Origin: Comamonadaceae bacterium
GTDB lineage: Bacteria; Pseudomonadota; Gammaproteobacteria; Burkholderiales; Burkholderiaceae_C
NCBI GenBank assembly: GCA_004144865.1
Contig: SEAY01000045.1
Location: forward strand, 12,305-76,304
Direction of reading: 5' to 3'
Length of the DNA stretch: 64,000 nt
Shown: piece by piece, positions 27,542 through 37,307 of the stretch
Layout: every line of letters starts with the position of its first letter
Position numbering within the stretch: the stretch's first letter is position 1
Program-made: the position numbers and the translations under genes
Notes under the pieces: generated by a model
The model's database searches: none
What the model was told of the DNA's origin: nothing
Seen by the model: only the letters and a program-made list of their open reading frames with translations

Positions 27542-28012
27542 GTGTCCATCATCCGCAGTGCCGGCCTGCTGATGTTCCGGCGCCGCGCGGCCGGCACAGA
27601 GGTGCTGCTCGGCCATCCGGGTGGGCCTTTCTGGGTCCGCCGCGACGAAGCCGCGTGGACCTTGCCCAAGGGCGAGATCGCCCCGCAGGAGGAGCCCCTC
27701 GCGGCGGCGCTGCGCGAGTTCGCCGAGGAAACGGGTTTTCCCAGCACGCCCCCCTTCATCCCGCTCGGCGAGCTGCGGCAGAAGAGCGGCAAGCGGATCA
27801 GCGCGTGGGCTTTCGAGGGCAACGCCGACCCCGCCCTGTTGCGAAGCAATACCTTCGAGATGGAATGGCCACCGCGCTCGGGCCGGCTGCAGTCCTTCCC
27901 GGAGGTGGACCGCGTGCACTGGTTCGGCCTGGTGCAGGCCCGCAGCAAGCTGATCGCGGGACAGGCGCCCTTCATCGACGCGCTCGAGCGCTGGCTGCAG
28001 GGCACCGCCTGA
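27542..28012 (+). CDS. NUDIX hydrolase
   Basis: GTG start, VSIIRSAGLLMFRRRAAGTEVLLGHPGGPFW...WTLPKGEIAPQEEPLAAALREFAEETGF (Nudix box GX5EX7REUXEEXGU). Confidence 0.7.
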   Translation: MSIIRSAGLLMFRRRAAGTEVLLGHPGGPFWVRRDEAAWTLPKGEIAPQEEPLAAALREFAEETGFPSTPPFIPLGELRQKSGKRISAWAFEGNADPALLRSNTFEMEWPPRSGRLQSFPEVDRVHWFGLVQARSKLIAGQAPFIDALERWLQGTA

Positions 28013-28021
28013 GCGGCGCGT

Positions 28022-30007
28022 TCAGTCCTGCGAGGAAGCGGCCTCTTCCCGAGCGGGCGCAAGCGCGTGCTGCACGTGCGCCTCCACCCAGTCGATGATG
28101 CGCCGCGCCGCATCCTCCCGCACGGAAGGCGCGCCTTCGCCCAGGAAGTGGTGGTCCTGCTCCGGGTACAGCACCAGCTCGGCGGGCGTGCTGCCGGCGC
28201 GCATCAGGCTCACGAACAGCTCCTCCGACTGGCACTTGGGACAGCGTTCGTCGTTCGCGCCCTGCATGAACAGCGTGGGCGTGGTCGCCCGCTCCACGTG
28301 CGCCATCGGCGAGAGGGCCTTGGCCAGCTTGCGGTCGAAGCGGTCCTTCGTGCCCATGTAGTACGGGTCGGCGTAGTAGCCGCCGTCGGAGGTGCCGTAG
28401 TGCGTCTCGATGTTGCCGACCGGCGCCATCACCACGGCGGCGCGGAACTGCGCGCCGTTGCCGATCGCCCAGGCACTGAGGTAGCCGCCATAGGACTTGC
28501 CGGCGATGGCGACACGCTCGTCGCACACGCCCTCCTCCTGCAGCTGCCGGATCGCCGCCAGGTGTTGCGGCATGTCGTACTCGCCCCAGTGGCCGGCCAG
28601 GCGGTCGCAGAATTCGCGGCCGTAGCTGGCGGAGCCCACCGCGTTGAGCGCCAGCACCGCCCAGCCCCGCGCGCACAGCACCTGCCAATACACGTTGGTG
28701 TCGAAGTCCAGCAGCGCATAGCTGGCGGGCCCGCCGTGCACGTCGTTGAGCAGCGGCAGCGGACCGGACGCGCCTTCCGGCCGCAGCAGCCAGCCCTCGA
28801 TGGTCTCCGTGGCGCCGCGCCCGTCGGGCACCTGGAACTCCCAGGTTTCCGCCAGGATGGCCATGCGTTCCTTCCACCACGGGTTGAAGTCGCTCAGCTG
28901 CCGCTCGCCGCTGCCGTCGGGCGGGCAGGCATGCACCTCGCTCGGCTGGGAGGGATGGTCCACCACGTAGCAGAAGTGGTCGCCCGCCGGCGCGAAGGCG
29001 CCCAGCTGCCGGTTGCCGGCCACGATCTCCTCGAGGGCGCCATCGGCGGTGCCGATCCGCACGACCTGGTGGCGGCCGCGATGCTGCCGCACGAACAGCA
29101 GGCTGGCGGAATCCGGCGCCCAGTGCACGGAGAGCGGGTCCGCCACCTGCAGGTCAGGATCGCCGAGTCGGCGCGCCTGCCCCGAAGCCAGCTCCAGCAC
29201 GTACAGGTTGGTCTGCGCGTCGCCTTCGTCGCCCGTCGCGCTGAACGCCACCCAGCGGCCGTCCGGCGACCACGCCGGGCTCATCACCGTCGCGAAGTCG
29301 TGCGTGAACTGCCGCGCGTTGCCGCCGGCGGCGTCGCTGATCCAGAGGTCGCTGCGATGGGAGAAGCGGCCCTCGCGCGTGCGGCCGTAGGCGAGCCGGC
29401 GGCCATCGGGCGAGACGTCGAAGGCCAGCACGTCGAAGGGTCCGTCGGTGAGCTGGCGGTGCTCACCGGTGGCGAGGTCCAGCCGGAACAGCTGGATCTC
29501 GCGTGCCAGCATGTAGCCCATGCCGTCGCTCTTGTACGGCAGCTTCCAGGCCACCTCGACCTGCACCTTGCGCTGCTTGGGTTCGCGGCCCTTGGCGCGT
29601 TCGCCGCGCCAGTCCGGATCCACGGGCACCGCCGCGGCGACGACCAGGGCATCGCCGTCCGGCATCCAGCGGATCTCCGACACCGCACCCGGCAACTCTC
29701 CGCACGGCGCGGCTTCACCGCCATCCAGCTGCAGCAGGTGCACCTTGGCGGAGCCGCTGCGGTCGGAGACGAAGGCGAGACGCCTGCCGTCCGCCGACCA
29801 GCGCGGCGTGCTGTCGCGCCCCGGCCCGCGCGTGAGCTGCCGCGGCGTGCCCTGCAACGGCAGCAGCCAGAGGCAGGACAGGTAGGTGTCGTTCTCGCGG
29901 TCGACCGAGCGCAGCGTGCACGCTACCGCTTCGCCGCCAGGCGCGCCGGCGAGTTCGGTGACTTGCTGGTGGAGGTACAGGTCGGCAACGTCGAACGGCT
30001 TGGGCAT
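28022..30007 (-). CDS. S9 family serine peptidase (prolyl oligopeptidase / acylaminoacyl peptidase-like)
   Basis: 661 aa. It has an N-terminal TolB-like beta-propeller repeat region and a C-terminal alpha/beta hydrolase with GKSYGGY (GxSxGG nucleophile elbow) and a downstream Asp and His. Confidence 0.9.
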   Translation of the reverse strand: MPKPFDVADLYLHQQVTELAGAPGGEAVACTLRSVDRENDTYLSCLWLLPLQGTPRQLTRGPGRDSTPRWSADGRRLAFVSDRSGSAKVHLLQLDGGEAAPCGELPGAVSEIRWMPDGDALVVAAAVPVDPDWRGERAKGREPKQRKVQVEVAWKLPYKSDGMGYMLAREIQLFRLDLATGEHRQLTDGPFDVLAFDVSPDGRRLAYGRTREGRFSHRSDLWISDAAGGNARQFTHDFATVMSPAWSPDGRWVAFSATGDEGDAQTNLYVLELASGQARRLGDPDLQVADPLSVHWAPDSASLLFVRQHRGRHQVVRIGTADGALEEIVAGNRQLGAFAPAGDHFCYVVDHPSQPSEVHACPPDGSGERQLSDFNPWWKERMAILAETWEFQVPDGRGATETIEGWLLRPEGASGPLPLLNDVHGGPASYALLDFDTNVYWQVLCARGWAVLALNAVGSASYGREFCDRLAGHWGEYDMPQHLAAIRQLQEEGVCDERVAIAGKSYGGYLSAWAIGNGAQFRAAVVMAPVGNIETHYGTSDGGYYADPYYMGTKDRFDRKLAKALSPMAHVERATTPTLFMQGANDERCPKCQSEELFVSLMRAGSTPAELVLYPEQDHHFLGEGAPSVREDAARRIIDWVEAHVQHALAPAREEAASSQD

Positions 30008-30091
30008 GCCAACGATGTTGCAGCGCGTTCGCGTTCCGCTTTGTAGGACGCAGGCGGATGGAGCGCGGCGCCGGGCCGCGCTCCGGGAACG

Positions 30092-30520
30092 TCAGGCGGC
30101 AGCGTAGGCGGGCTGCCGGGCAGACTGCGCGCGCGCCTGGGCGGCGTAGGACGCATCCACCATCTCGAGTTCTTCCTCCTCGCGCTGCACCGGCGCCTGT
30201 TCGGCATGCTGCCAGGCGGCGCGCATGGCCAGCAGGGCCTCGTCGAGTTCCAGCCGGGAATCGCCCTTGATGCGGAACCAGTTCGCGCAGAGCGACTTCT
30301 CGGCGTCCTCGAAGCGGCCGCCGTACTGCGCGCAGCCGATGTAGCCCACGCAGAAGGCCGGGGCGTAGTCCTCATAGCTCAGCGTGTGGCGGAAGTAGGG
30401 CTGCGCCCAGTAGACGCTCTGCCAGTAGGCATCTTCCACATCGGGCCGCACGCGTCCGTCGATCCGCACCTCCGGGTCGTCTTCTTGTTCCTGCCAGAAA
30501 TCCTGTGCAATGGCGGTCAT
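30092..30520 (-). CDS. Hypothetical acidic protein
   Basis: An internal ATG gives MTAIAQDFWQEQEDDPEV...YWAQPYFRHTLSYEDYAPAFCVGYIG.... The composition is protein-like. The upstream part of the track ORF is junk. Confidence 0.5.
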   Translation of the reverse strand: MTAIAQDFWQEQEDDPEVRIDGRVRPDVEDAYWQSVYWAQPYFRHTLSYEDYAPAFCVGYIGCAQYGGRFEDAEKSLCANWFRIKGDSRLELDEALLAMRAAWQHAEQAPVQREEEELEMVDASYAAQARAQSARQPAYAAA

Positions 30521-30792
30521 GGCCGTCTCTCCGTGTGTTTGTTCGCTGGAGGAATGATCACGAAGCCGGCCGCCCCGCGGCGTAGGACGCCCCAGCCGCG
30601 CTGGTGTCGGAGGCCACGACCGCGTGATGCAGGCGGCGCCCCCGGCAGCGGAGCGAAAGCCGGCACCTGCAGAGGCTCGCGGACCGGCCCGGCAAGCCTG
30701 CCGGGGGAACAGCTGGACCGGCGCGCGATGTCGCCTGGGTGGCTTGCGCACGGCGCGGCGCGGCCGATACTCGCGGCACATCGGAGGCATGC

Positions 30793-31572
30793 ATGGAAAT
30801 CAGGAACAAGGTGGCCGTGGTGACCGGCGGGGCGAGCGGCATAGGCGCCGGCATGGCGGAGCGCTTCGCGCGCGAGGGCGCGGCGGGCGTGGTGGTGGCG
30901 GACGTCAACCTCGAGCGGGCGCAGGGCGTTGCCGCCGCCATCGGCGAGCGGGCCCTGGCGGTGCGCTGCGACGTGAGCCGCGAAACCGACATCCAGGCGC
31001 TGGTGCGGCAGGCGCGCGAACGCTTCGGCCGCATCGACATCTACTTCTCCAACGCCGGAATCCTGGGGCGCATGGGCGGCATCGAGCTCGAGGACGCGCT
31101 CTGGGACAGCATGTGGAAGATCCACGGCATGGCCCACGTGTGGGCCGCGCGGGCGGTGTTCCCAGAGATGCTGGAGCGCGGCGAAGGCTACTTCGTCGTC
31201 ACGGCTTCGGCCGCGGGCCTGCTGAACATCGTGGAATCGGCGCCCTACGGCGTGACCAAGCACGCTGCCGTGGCGGTGGCGGAGTGGCTGCGCATCGCCT
31301 ACGGCCGCAAGGGCATCCGCGTGTCGTGCCTCTGCCCGCAGTCCGTGCAGACCGACATGACCCGCGACGGCACCGGCTCGGCCGGCGTTGACGGCGTTCT
31401 CACGCCCGACCAGGTAGCCGACGTCGTGGTGCAGACGATGCGCGAGGAACGCTTCCTCGCCCTGCCCCATCCGGAAGTCGCGAAGTACTTCCAGGCCAAG
31501 GGCAGCGACTACGACCGCTGGCTCGGGGGCATGCAGAAGCTGTACGCCCAGCACATGGAGCGCAAGGGTTAG
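30793..31572 (+). CDS. SDR family oxidoreductase
   Basis: MEIRNKVAVVTGGASGIGAGMAERFA (TGxxxGIG), NAG, and YGVTKHA (YxxxK). Confidence 0.9.
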   Translation: MEIRNKVAVVTGGASGIGAGMAERFAREGAAGVVVADVNLERAQGVAAAIGERALAVRCDVSRETDIQALVRQARERFGRIDIYFSNAGILGRMGGIELEDALWDSMWKIHGMAHVWAARAVFPEMLERGEGYFVVTASAAGLLNIVESAPYGVTKHAAVAVAEWLRIAYGRKGIRVSCLCPQSVQTDMTRDGTGSAGVDGVLTPDQVADVVVQTMREERFLALPHPEVAKYFQAKGSDYDRWLGGMQKLYAQHMERKG

Positions 31573-31703
31573 CCGAACAGCCCCGCCAGTCCGATGACGA
31601 TCAGGTAGAGGGCGATGATGTAGTTCAGGAGCTTGGGCATCACCAGGATCAGGATGCCGGCGATGAGGGCGGCGATGGGGCTGAGCTGCTGGATGGTGGG
31701 CAT
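31569..31703 (-). CDS. Small membrane protein (DUF3096-like)
   Basis: 44 aa, MPTIQQLSPIAALIAGILILVMPKLLNYIIALYLIVIGLAGLFG, with two hydrophobic helices. The family assignment is from memory. Confidence 0.5.
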   Translation of the reverse strand: MPTIQQLSPIAALIAGILILVMPKLLNYIIALYLIVIGLAGLFG

Positions 31704-31794
31704 GGGCGGCGCTCCTGAAAATGGTGGGCCGCAGTATGCGCGCTTGATCCCGAGCAAGGTGGCGCCGCGACCGCCGCCGGACAATGGCTTCGCG

Positions 31795-32001
31795 ATGGCC
31801 AAGAAGTTTCCGATCTACCCGGCGCACCCCGAGCGCACCTGCTGGGGCTGCGACCGTTACTGCGCGGCCGACGCGATGATCTGCGGCAACGGCACCGAGC
31901 GCACGCAGCATCCGAGCGAGACCTTCGGCGAAGGGTGGGAGCACGAGGGACTGGATCCGCTGGTGGCGCCACCCGCGGGCACCGAGCCCGGGGCGGCCTA
32001 G
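31795..32001 (+). CDS. Small Cys-rich protein (DUF3079-like)
   Basis: 68 aa, MAKKFPIYPAHPERTCWGCDRYCAADAMICGNGTERTQHPSE..., a CxxC...C...C pattern. Confidence 0.5.
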   Translation: MAKKFPIYPAHPERTCWGCDRYCAADAMICGNGTERTQHPSETFGEGWEHEGLDPLVAPPAGTEPGAA

Positions 32002-32069
32002 CGCTTCAGGGCTCCCTTTTCCGCGAACGACCTGCGGGCGCCGCCCCATCGGACTACAGTTCAAGGGCC

Positions 32070-32348
32070 ATGGCGACTTTCTTCAAGCGCACGCAGGTCT
32101 GGGTGGTGGACTTCACCTACGAGGGCCGCTCGCGCCAGTGGTTCGTGGCCCTGGCGCAGGGCGCGGACGCGCAGCGCGAGATGGCGGACAAGCTGCGCGA
32201 GCTCTATGGCAACCGCGCCAGGCTCTCCGGCGTCCGGCCCGCCACCCCCGAAGAGGAACTCGATTACGGGCGCGGCAACCTGCCGCACAACGTGCTGTGT
32301 CCCACGGGCCGCGCGCCGCGCAGCCGGCCTTCGGAACCGGGAGACTAG
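32070..32348 (+). CDS. Hypothetical small protein
   Basis: 92 aa, MATFFKRTQVWVVDFTYEGRSRQWFVALAQGADAQREMADKLRELYG.... I recognise no family. The N-terminal half is protein-like. Confidence 0.4.
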   Translation: MATFFKRTQVWVVDFTYEGRSRQWFVALAQGADAQREMADKLRELYGNRARLSGVRPATPEEELDYGRGNLPHNVLCPTGRAPRSRPSEPGD

Positions 32349-33658
32349 GCGTCCCTGACGCCCGGATCGATCCCCGTCACCACCCGCGCATAGCGCTGGC
32401 GGCTCCAGTACGCGGAAGCCCAGTCGATCAGCACGACGAGCCGGTTGCGAAAGCCGATCAGGAAGTAGATGTGCGCGAAGAGCCAGAACACCCACGCGGG
32501 CCAGCCGCTGAACTCGATGCGGCGCCACGGCGTCCAGAGGTCCACCACCGCCGAATTGCGCCCGATGGTGGCCAGGTTGCCGTAGTCGCGGTAGCGGAAG
32601 GCCTGCGTCGGCTCGCCGCGCAGGCGGTGCAGGATATTGCCCGCCGCCGAGCGTCCCATTTGCTTGGCGGCGGGTGACACGCCGGGCACGGGCCGCGGCG
32701 CATGGCCCGGCTGGTGGCTTTGCGCGGCGGCCAGGTCCCCGATCACGCTGATCGACGGATGGCCCGGCACCGTGAGGTCCGGCTCCACGACCACCCGGCC
32801 CGCGCGATCGGTCTGCGCCCCGGTCGCCTCCGCGATCTGCCGGCCCAGGGGCGAGGCCGCGACACCCGCGGCCCACACGATGCAGCGGCTCTCGATGCGC
32901 AAGGCCGGGGCGTCGCCGGCCGGCTGCACCTCCAGCCCCTCCCCGTCGATAGCCGTCACGCGCGATCCCACGCGGACCTCCACGCCCAGCTTCTCCAGCT
33001 GGCGGCGTGCGCTGGCGCTCAGGGACTCCGGCATCGCCTGCAGCACGCGCGGCCCGCCCTCCACCAGCAGGATCCTTGCGGCCGCCGGATCGATGTGGCG
33101 GAACTCGCCGGGCAGCGTGTCACGCGCGATCTCCGCGAGGGTGCCGGCCATCTCCACGCCCGTGGGACCGCCGCCGATGACCACGAAGGTGAGCCAGGGA
33201 TCGCGCCGCCCCGGATCGCTTTCCTTTTCCGCCGCCTCGAACGCGAGCAGCACGCGGCGGCGGATCTCGAAGGCGTCGGCCAGTGTCTTGAGTCCCGGTG
33301 CGAAGCGGGCCCAGTCGTCGCGCCCGAAGTAGCTGTGGGTCGCGCCCGCCGCCACGACGAGGTGGTCGTAGGGCAGCGCCTGGCCGTCGCGCAGCCGCAC
33401 TTCGCGCGCGGCGGGATCGACGGCCATCACGTCGCCGAGGAGCGTGGTGACGTTGTCCTGGTCGCGGAAGAGGTGCCGCGCCGGCGCGGCGATGGCAGGC
33501 GCCGGCAGCCCCGCCGTGGCCACCTGGTACAGCAAGGGCTGGAACAGGTGGTGGTTGGTCTTGTCCACCAAGGTGATCGCGACATCGGCGCCGCGCAGGG
33601 CACGGGCCGCCTCCAGGCCGCCGAAGCCGCAGCCGATGATCACGATGCGCGAAGTCAC
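32345..33658 (-). CDS. ndh: Type II NADH dehydrogenase (NAD(P)/FAD-dependent oxidoreductase)
   Basis: 437 aa, MTSRIVIIGCGFGGLEAARAL...NHHLFQPLLYQVATAGL, a second GGGPTGVE dinucleotide fold, and a C-terminal membrane anchor. Confidence 0.9.
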   Translation of the reverse strand: MTSRIVIIGCGFGGLEAARALRGADVAITLVDKTNHHLFQPLLYQVATAGLPAPAIAAPARHLFRDQDNVTTLLGDVMAVDPAAREVRLRDGQALPYDHLVVAAGATHSYFGRDDWARFAPGLKTLADAFEIRRRVLLAFEAAEKESDPGRRDPWLTFVVIGGGPTGVEMAGTLAEIARDTLPGEFRHIDPAAARILLVEGGPRVLQAMPESLSASARRQLEKLGVEVRVGSRVTAIDGEGLEVQPAGDAPALRIESRCIVWAAGVAASPLGRQIAEATGAQTDRAGRVVVEPDLTVPGHPSISVIGDLAAAQSHQPGHAPRPVPGVSPAAKQMGRSAAGNILHRLRGEPTQAFRYRDYGNLATIGRNSAVVDLWTPWRRIEFSGWPAWVFWLFAHIYFLIGFRNRLVVLIDWASAYWSRQRYARVVTGIDPGVRDA

Positions 33659-33664
33659 TGGCGC

Positions 33665-34366
33665 TCAGTCTAGCAGCCGGTGCTTGAGGGCGTAGTACGT
33701 GAGGTCGCTGTTGGAACGCGCATCGAGCTTGCGCATCAGGCGCGCGCGGTACGTGCTCACCGTCTTGGCGCTGAGCGAGAGTTCGGCCGCCACCTCACCC
33801 GCGCTGCAGCCCTGCGCGAGCTTCAGGAACACCTGCAGTTCGCGTGCCGAAAGCTGCTCGTGCAGCCCGCCGGGCGTGGGCGTGATCACCTGGCTGGCAA
33901 GCAGTTCGGCCACCACCGGGGTGATGTAGCGCTGTCCCTGCGCGACGCGCCGGATCGCCACCGCGATCTCCCCGGGTTCGCAGGCCTTGTTCAGGTAGCC
34001 GCTCGCGCCGTTGCGGATCAGCGGCACGGCGTACTGGTGCTCCGGATAGCCGGAGAGCACCAGCACGGCGACGTGCTCCGCCTTCGCCTTGATCATTGTG
34101 AGGGCGTCGATGCCGCTCTGTCCCGGCATGTCCAGGTCCAGCAGCAGGACATCGAGCGCCTGCGTGCGCACCAGGTCGATGGCCTCGCGCCCGGAAGCCG
34201 CCTCGGCCACGACCCGGATGCCCTCCTGGTCGTCGAGGTAGGAGCGCAGCGCGCTGCGCGTGATCGGGTGGTCGTCGGCGATCCCGACCCGCACGGGCCG
34301 CAAGGCGTAGGGCCCCTGCAGCGGGGCGCCCGCCTGGTCGCGTTCCGCGGTGCGATGCAGCTTCAC
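33665..34366 (-). CDS. NarL/FixJ (LuxR-type HTH) response regulator
   Basis: The receiver has VGIADDHP...LLLDLDMPGQSG. The C-terminal part is LSARELQVFLKLAQGCSAGEVAAELSLSAKTVSTYRARLMRKL. It has a GTG start. Confidence 0.9.
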   Translation of the reverse strand: MKLHRTAERDQAGAPLQGPYALRPVRVGIADDHPITRSALRSYLDDQEGIRVVAEAASGREAIDLVRTQALDVLLLDLDMPGQSGIDALTMIKAKAEHVAVLVLSGYPEHQYAVPLIRNGASGYLNKACEPGEIAVAIRRVAQGQRYITPVVAELLASQVITPTPGGLHEQLSARELQVFLKLAQGCSAGEVAAELSLSAKTVSTYRARLMRKLDARSNSDLTYYALKHRLLD

Positions 34367-34486
34367 GGCCGTGTCCTGTGCCTCCGGGGCGACTCGACGG
34401 CTCCATTAGGTATCGCCGGGCTTGCCCCTCCCGTAGGCCTTCGCCTACACGGCAGTCGGAGAAAACCTGTTCCGTGCAGCGCCCGC

Positions 34487-35773
34487 TCACGGGGGCCCGA
34501 ACAAGGCGTTGGGCAGGGCGAGCACGATGGCGGGCGCGAACACGAGCAGCAGCGCGACGGCGCTGACGGCCAGCAGGAACGGCATGGACTCGCGCGTGTA
34601 CTCGCCGATCGGGCAGCGCAGGATCTGGCACACGACGAACATCGCCCCGCCCACGGGCGGCGTGAAGTTGCCGATGGTGGCGGCGATGATGAACACCAGG
34701 CCGAAGTGCACGGGGTCGATCCCGAGCTGGGTCACCAGCGGCAGGAAGATCGGCGTGAGCATGATGATCAGGACCGAGCCTTCCATGAAGGTACCGGCCG
34801 CAAGCACGAACAGGAGGATCAGCACCAGCACCACCTGCGGCTGGTCCGTCACGCCCAGCATCCAGGCGGACACCGCTTCCGGGATGCGTTCGAACACGAT
34901 GCCGTAGCCGAAGATCGCCGAGAGCGCGAGCAGGAACATTACCGCACCCACGTCCACCAGGCTGCCCTCCAGCGCCTCGCGCACGCCGGCGGCCTTCAGC
35001 TTCCGGTACGCGAAGGTCCCCACCATGGCGGCGTACACGACCGCGAACGCGCCGATCTCCGAAGGCGTGAACACGCCCATGCGCAGGCCGAACAGCAGGA
35101 TCACCGGAAAGAGGATGGCCCACACGGCAGCCCGCGCCGTGACGGCGAGTTCGCGCGCGGTGGTGCGCTGCTGCCGCTCCGGCGCATAGCCGCGGCGGCG
35201 CGCCGTGAAGGAGATCGCGATGGCCATCGCCGCCCACAGCATCAGGCCGGGGACCACGCCGGCCGCGAACAGCCGCCCGATGGAGACCTGGCCCACCGTG
35301 CCATAGAGGATGAAGCCGATGCCGGGCGGGATGATCGGCGCCATCAGGGAGCCATACGACAGCACGCCCGCCGCATACCCGCGCGAGAACCCGCGCTTGA
35401 GCATCTCGGCGCCCAGCAGGCGCGAGTTCATCGCCGCGTCGGCGATGCAGGAGCCGGTGACCCCGCTCATGAGCGTCGAGAGCGCGATGGACACCTGCGC
35501 CAGCCCGCCGCGCATCCGCCCCGTGAGGACGGTGGCGAGCCTCAGCAGGTGCTCCGTGATGCCCGAATGGTTCATGACGTTGCCGGCGAGGATGAACAGC
35601 GGCACCGCCAGCAGGGCGAAGTTCTGCGTTTCGGTGATGGTGATCTGCACGGGGATGGTGGCCGGGAGCTCCGGGTGCTGCAGGAAGAACAGCGCGCCCG
35701 AAATGCCCACGGCGAAAGCGACCGGCATGCCGGCGGCCAGCAGCACCGCGAAGGCGATGCAGACGACCAGCAT
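34487..35773 (-). CDS. dctM: TRAP transporter large permease
   Basis: An internal ATG gives MLVVCIAFAVLLAAGMPVAFAVGISGALFFL..., a 428-aa polytopic protein. Its ATG overlaps the dctQ stop. Confidence 0.9.
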   Translation of the reverse strand: MLVVCIAFAVLLAAGMPVAFAVGISGALFFLQHPELPATIPVQITITETQNFALLAVPLFILAGNVMNHSGITEHLLRLATVLTGRMRGGLAQVSIALSTLMSGVTGSCIADAAMNSRLLGAEMLKRGFSRGYAAGVLSYGSLMAPIIPPGIGFILYGTVGQVSIGRLFAAGVVPGLMLWAAMAIAISFTARRRGYAPERQQRTTARELAVTARAAVWAILFPVILLFGLRMGVFTPSEIGAFAVVYAAMVGTFAYRKLKAAGVREALEGSLVDVGAVMFLLALSAIFGYGIVFERIPEAVSAWMLGVTDQPQVVLVLILLFVLAAGTFMEGSVLIIMLTPIFLPLVTQLGIDPVHFGLVFIIAATIGNFTPPVGGAMFVVCQILRCPIGEYTRESMPFLLAVSAVALLLVFAPAIVLALPNALFGPP

Positions 35774-36270
35774 CAGACGACGTCCAGCGCCACGTTGGCG
35801 TGCGCCCTGCCCTGCAGTTCGTCGCGCATCTTCAGTGCCGTGGTCACCAGCAGCATCAGCGCGCCGACCGGGAAGCTGAGGGTGACCCACGAGTAGCTCA
35901 CCTCGGGCATGCCCTGGAAGCTGCGCGTGCGGCTGATCCAGGACAGGTAGATGCCGTAGCCCGCCACGTACAGCAGGAAGACGCAGATCAGGGCGTGGTT
36001 GGCCAGCCGCAGCCAGCGCCGCGCCGCGCCCGGAAGGTGCTGCGTGAGGACTTCCACGGCCATCAGGCTGTCGCGCCGCCACGCGACATCGGCGCACAGG
36101 AAGCAGGCCCACGCGAAGAACGCGGTGGCGACGTCGCCCGTCCAGTTGAGCGGATGGCCCGCCATGCGCGCCACGCCGCCCAGGAAGATCAGGCCCACCA
36201 TCGCGACCAGGAGGGCTGCGGCCACGAAGGCCTGCACGGCGCAGAAGCGCCGGTACAACGACGCCGCCAC
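35773..36270 (-). CDS. dctQ: TRAP transporter small permease
   Basis: A GTG start two nt after the dctP stop gives VAASLYRRFCAVQAFVAAALLVAMVGLIFLGGVARM.... It has four hydrophobic segments. Confidence 0.8.
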   Translation of the reverse strand: MAASLYRRFCAVQAFVAAALLVAMVGLIFLGGVARMAGHPLNWTGDVATAFFAWACFLCADVAWRRDSLMAVEVLTQHLPGAARRWLRLANHALICVFLLYVAGYGIYLSWISRTRSFQGMPEVSYSWVTLSFPVGALMLLVTTALKMRDELQGRAHANVALDVV

Positions 36271-36272
36271 GC

Positions 36273-37265
36273 CTACTTCTTCCCGATTTCGCGGTGGACC
36301 GCGTTCTTCACGTCCACCAGCTTCAGCTCCTCGTAGGCCTTCTCGCCGGCGCGGCGGAAGGCGGCAAGGTCGACGTCCTGCGTCACGGTCATGCCGCGCG
36401 CCTGCAGCTGCTTCTTCACCTCTTCCTCCGAACCCAGGATCGCGCGGCTGGTCTCCTCGCCGGCGCGGTCGCACTCCTCCGTCAACGCTGCCTGGTAGTC
36501 GCGCGGCAGGCCGTCGAACCACTTGCTGCCCACCACCTCGAAGTTGATCAGCAGGATGTGGCGCGTCTCGGCCACGTTCTTCAGCACTTCGTGGAACCGC
36601 CCCGCGGGAATGTTGTTGTAGACCAGCTCGACGCCGTCGATCGCCTTCTGCTGCAGCGCCGGGTACATCTCGCCGAAAGCCATCGCCACCGGCGCGGCAC
36701 CGAGCGCGCGCACCGACTCCTGCCAGATCGGCGCGGGCGGCGTACGCACGCGCAGGCCCTTCAGGTCCTCCGGCTTCTTCACCACCTTGTTGGTGAAGAA
36801 GTGGCGGTAGCCCTGCACCCAGTTGAAGCACACGACCTTCAGCCCGTGCTTGCCCGCGAGCTCTTCCTGCCACTTCACGACGCTGGGCGCCTTGCGCAGC
36901 TTGCCGACTTCCTCGAGCGTCTCGACGAAGTACGGGCCGTTCATGACCGCGATGGCGGGCACGTAGTTGCCCATGCGCGCGGAGTCCGTGTTCTGCCCCA
37001 GGTTCGCGCCCTGGCGCATCTGCTCGATGATGTCCTCCTCCTTCCCCAGCTGGGCGCTGTGGAAGACCTCCACCTTCAGGCCGCCCTTGGTGCGCTCCTC
37101 CACCCGCTTGGCCCACTTCAGGAAGCCCTCGTGGTACGGCTCCTTCGGGCCGAGCACGTGGTTGAACTTGAGGGTGTAGGTGCGAGGCGCCTGCGCGGCG
37201 GCGCCGAAGGCGAACAGCAGACCGGCGGCGGCGCAGAGCGCGCGCGTGGCGTGGACGGCTCTCAT
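36273..37265 (-). CDS. dctP: TRAP transporter substrate-binding protein
   Basis: MRAVHATRALCAAAGLLFAFGAAAQAPRTYTLKFNHVLGPKEPYHEGFLKWAKRVEERTKGGLKVEVF..., a DctP family signature with a signal peptide. Confidence 0.9.
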   Translation of the reverse strand: MRAVHATRALCAAAGLLFAFGAAAQAPRTYTLKFNHVLGPKEPYHEGFLKWAKRVEERTKGGLKVEVFHSAQLGKEEDIIEQMRQGANLGQNTDSARMGNYVPAIAVMNGPYFVETLEEVGKLRKAPSVVKWQEELAGKHGLKVVCFNWVQGYRHFFTNKVVKKPEDLKGLRVRTPPAPIWQESVRALGAAPVAMAFGEMYPALQQKAIDGVELVYNNIPAGRFHEVLKNVAETRHILLINFEVVGSKWFDGLPRDYQAALTEECDRAGEETSRAILGSEEEVKKQLQARGMTVTQDVDLAAFRRAGEKAYEELKLVDVKNAVHREIGKK

Positions 37266-37307
37266 GCTTGTCTCCTTGTGCGGACCTTGCTGGATGGCGG
37301 CCGCTGC

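Noticed and set aside
32345-33658. The FAD/NAD oxidoreductase here, considered as the missing E3 (dihydrolipoamide dehydrogenase) for the E1/E2 operon.
   Set aside because: It has the type II NADH dehydrogenase layout (HHLFQPLLYQVA motif and a C-terminal membrane anchor). It lacks the redox-active CxxxxC disulfide motif of Lpd. It is also 23 kb away.
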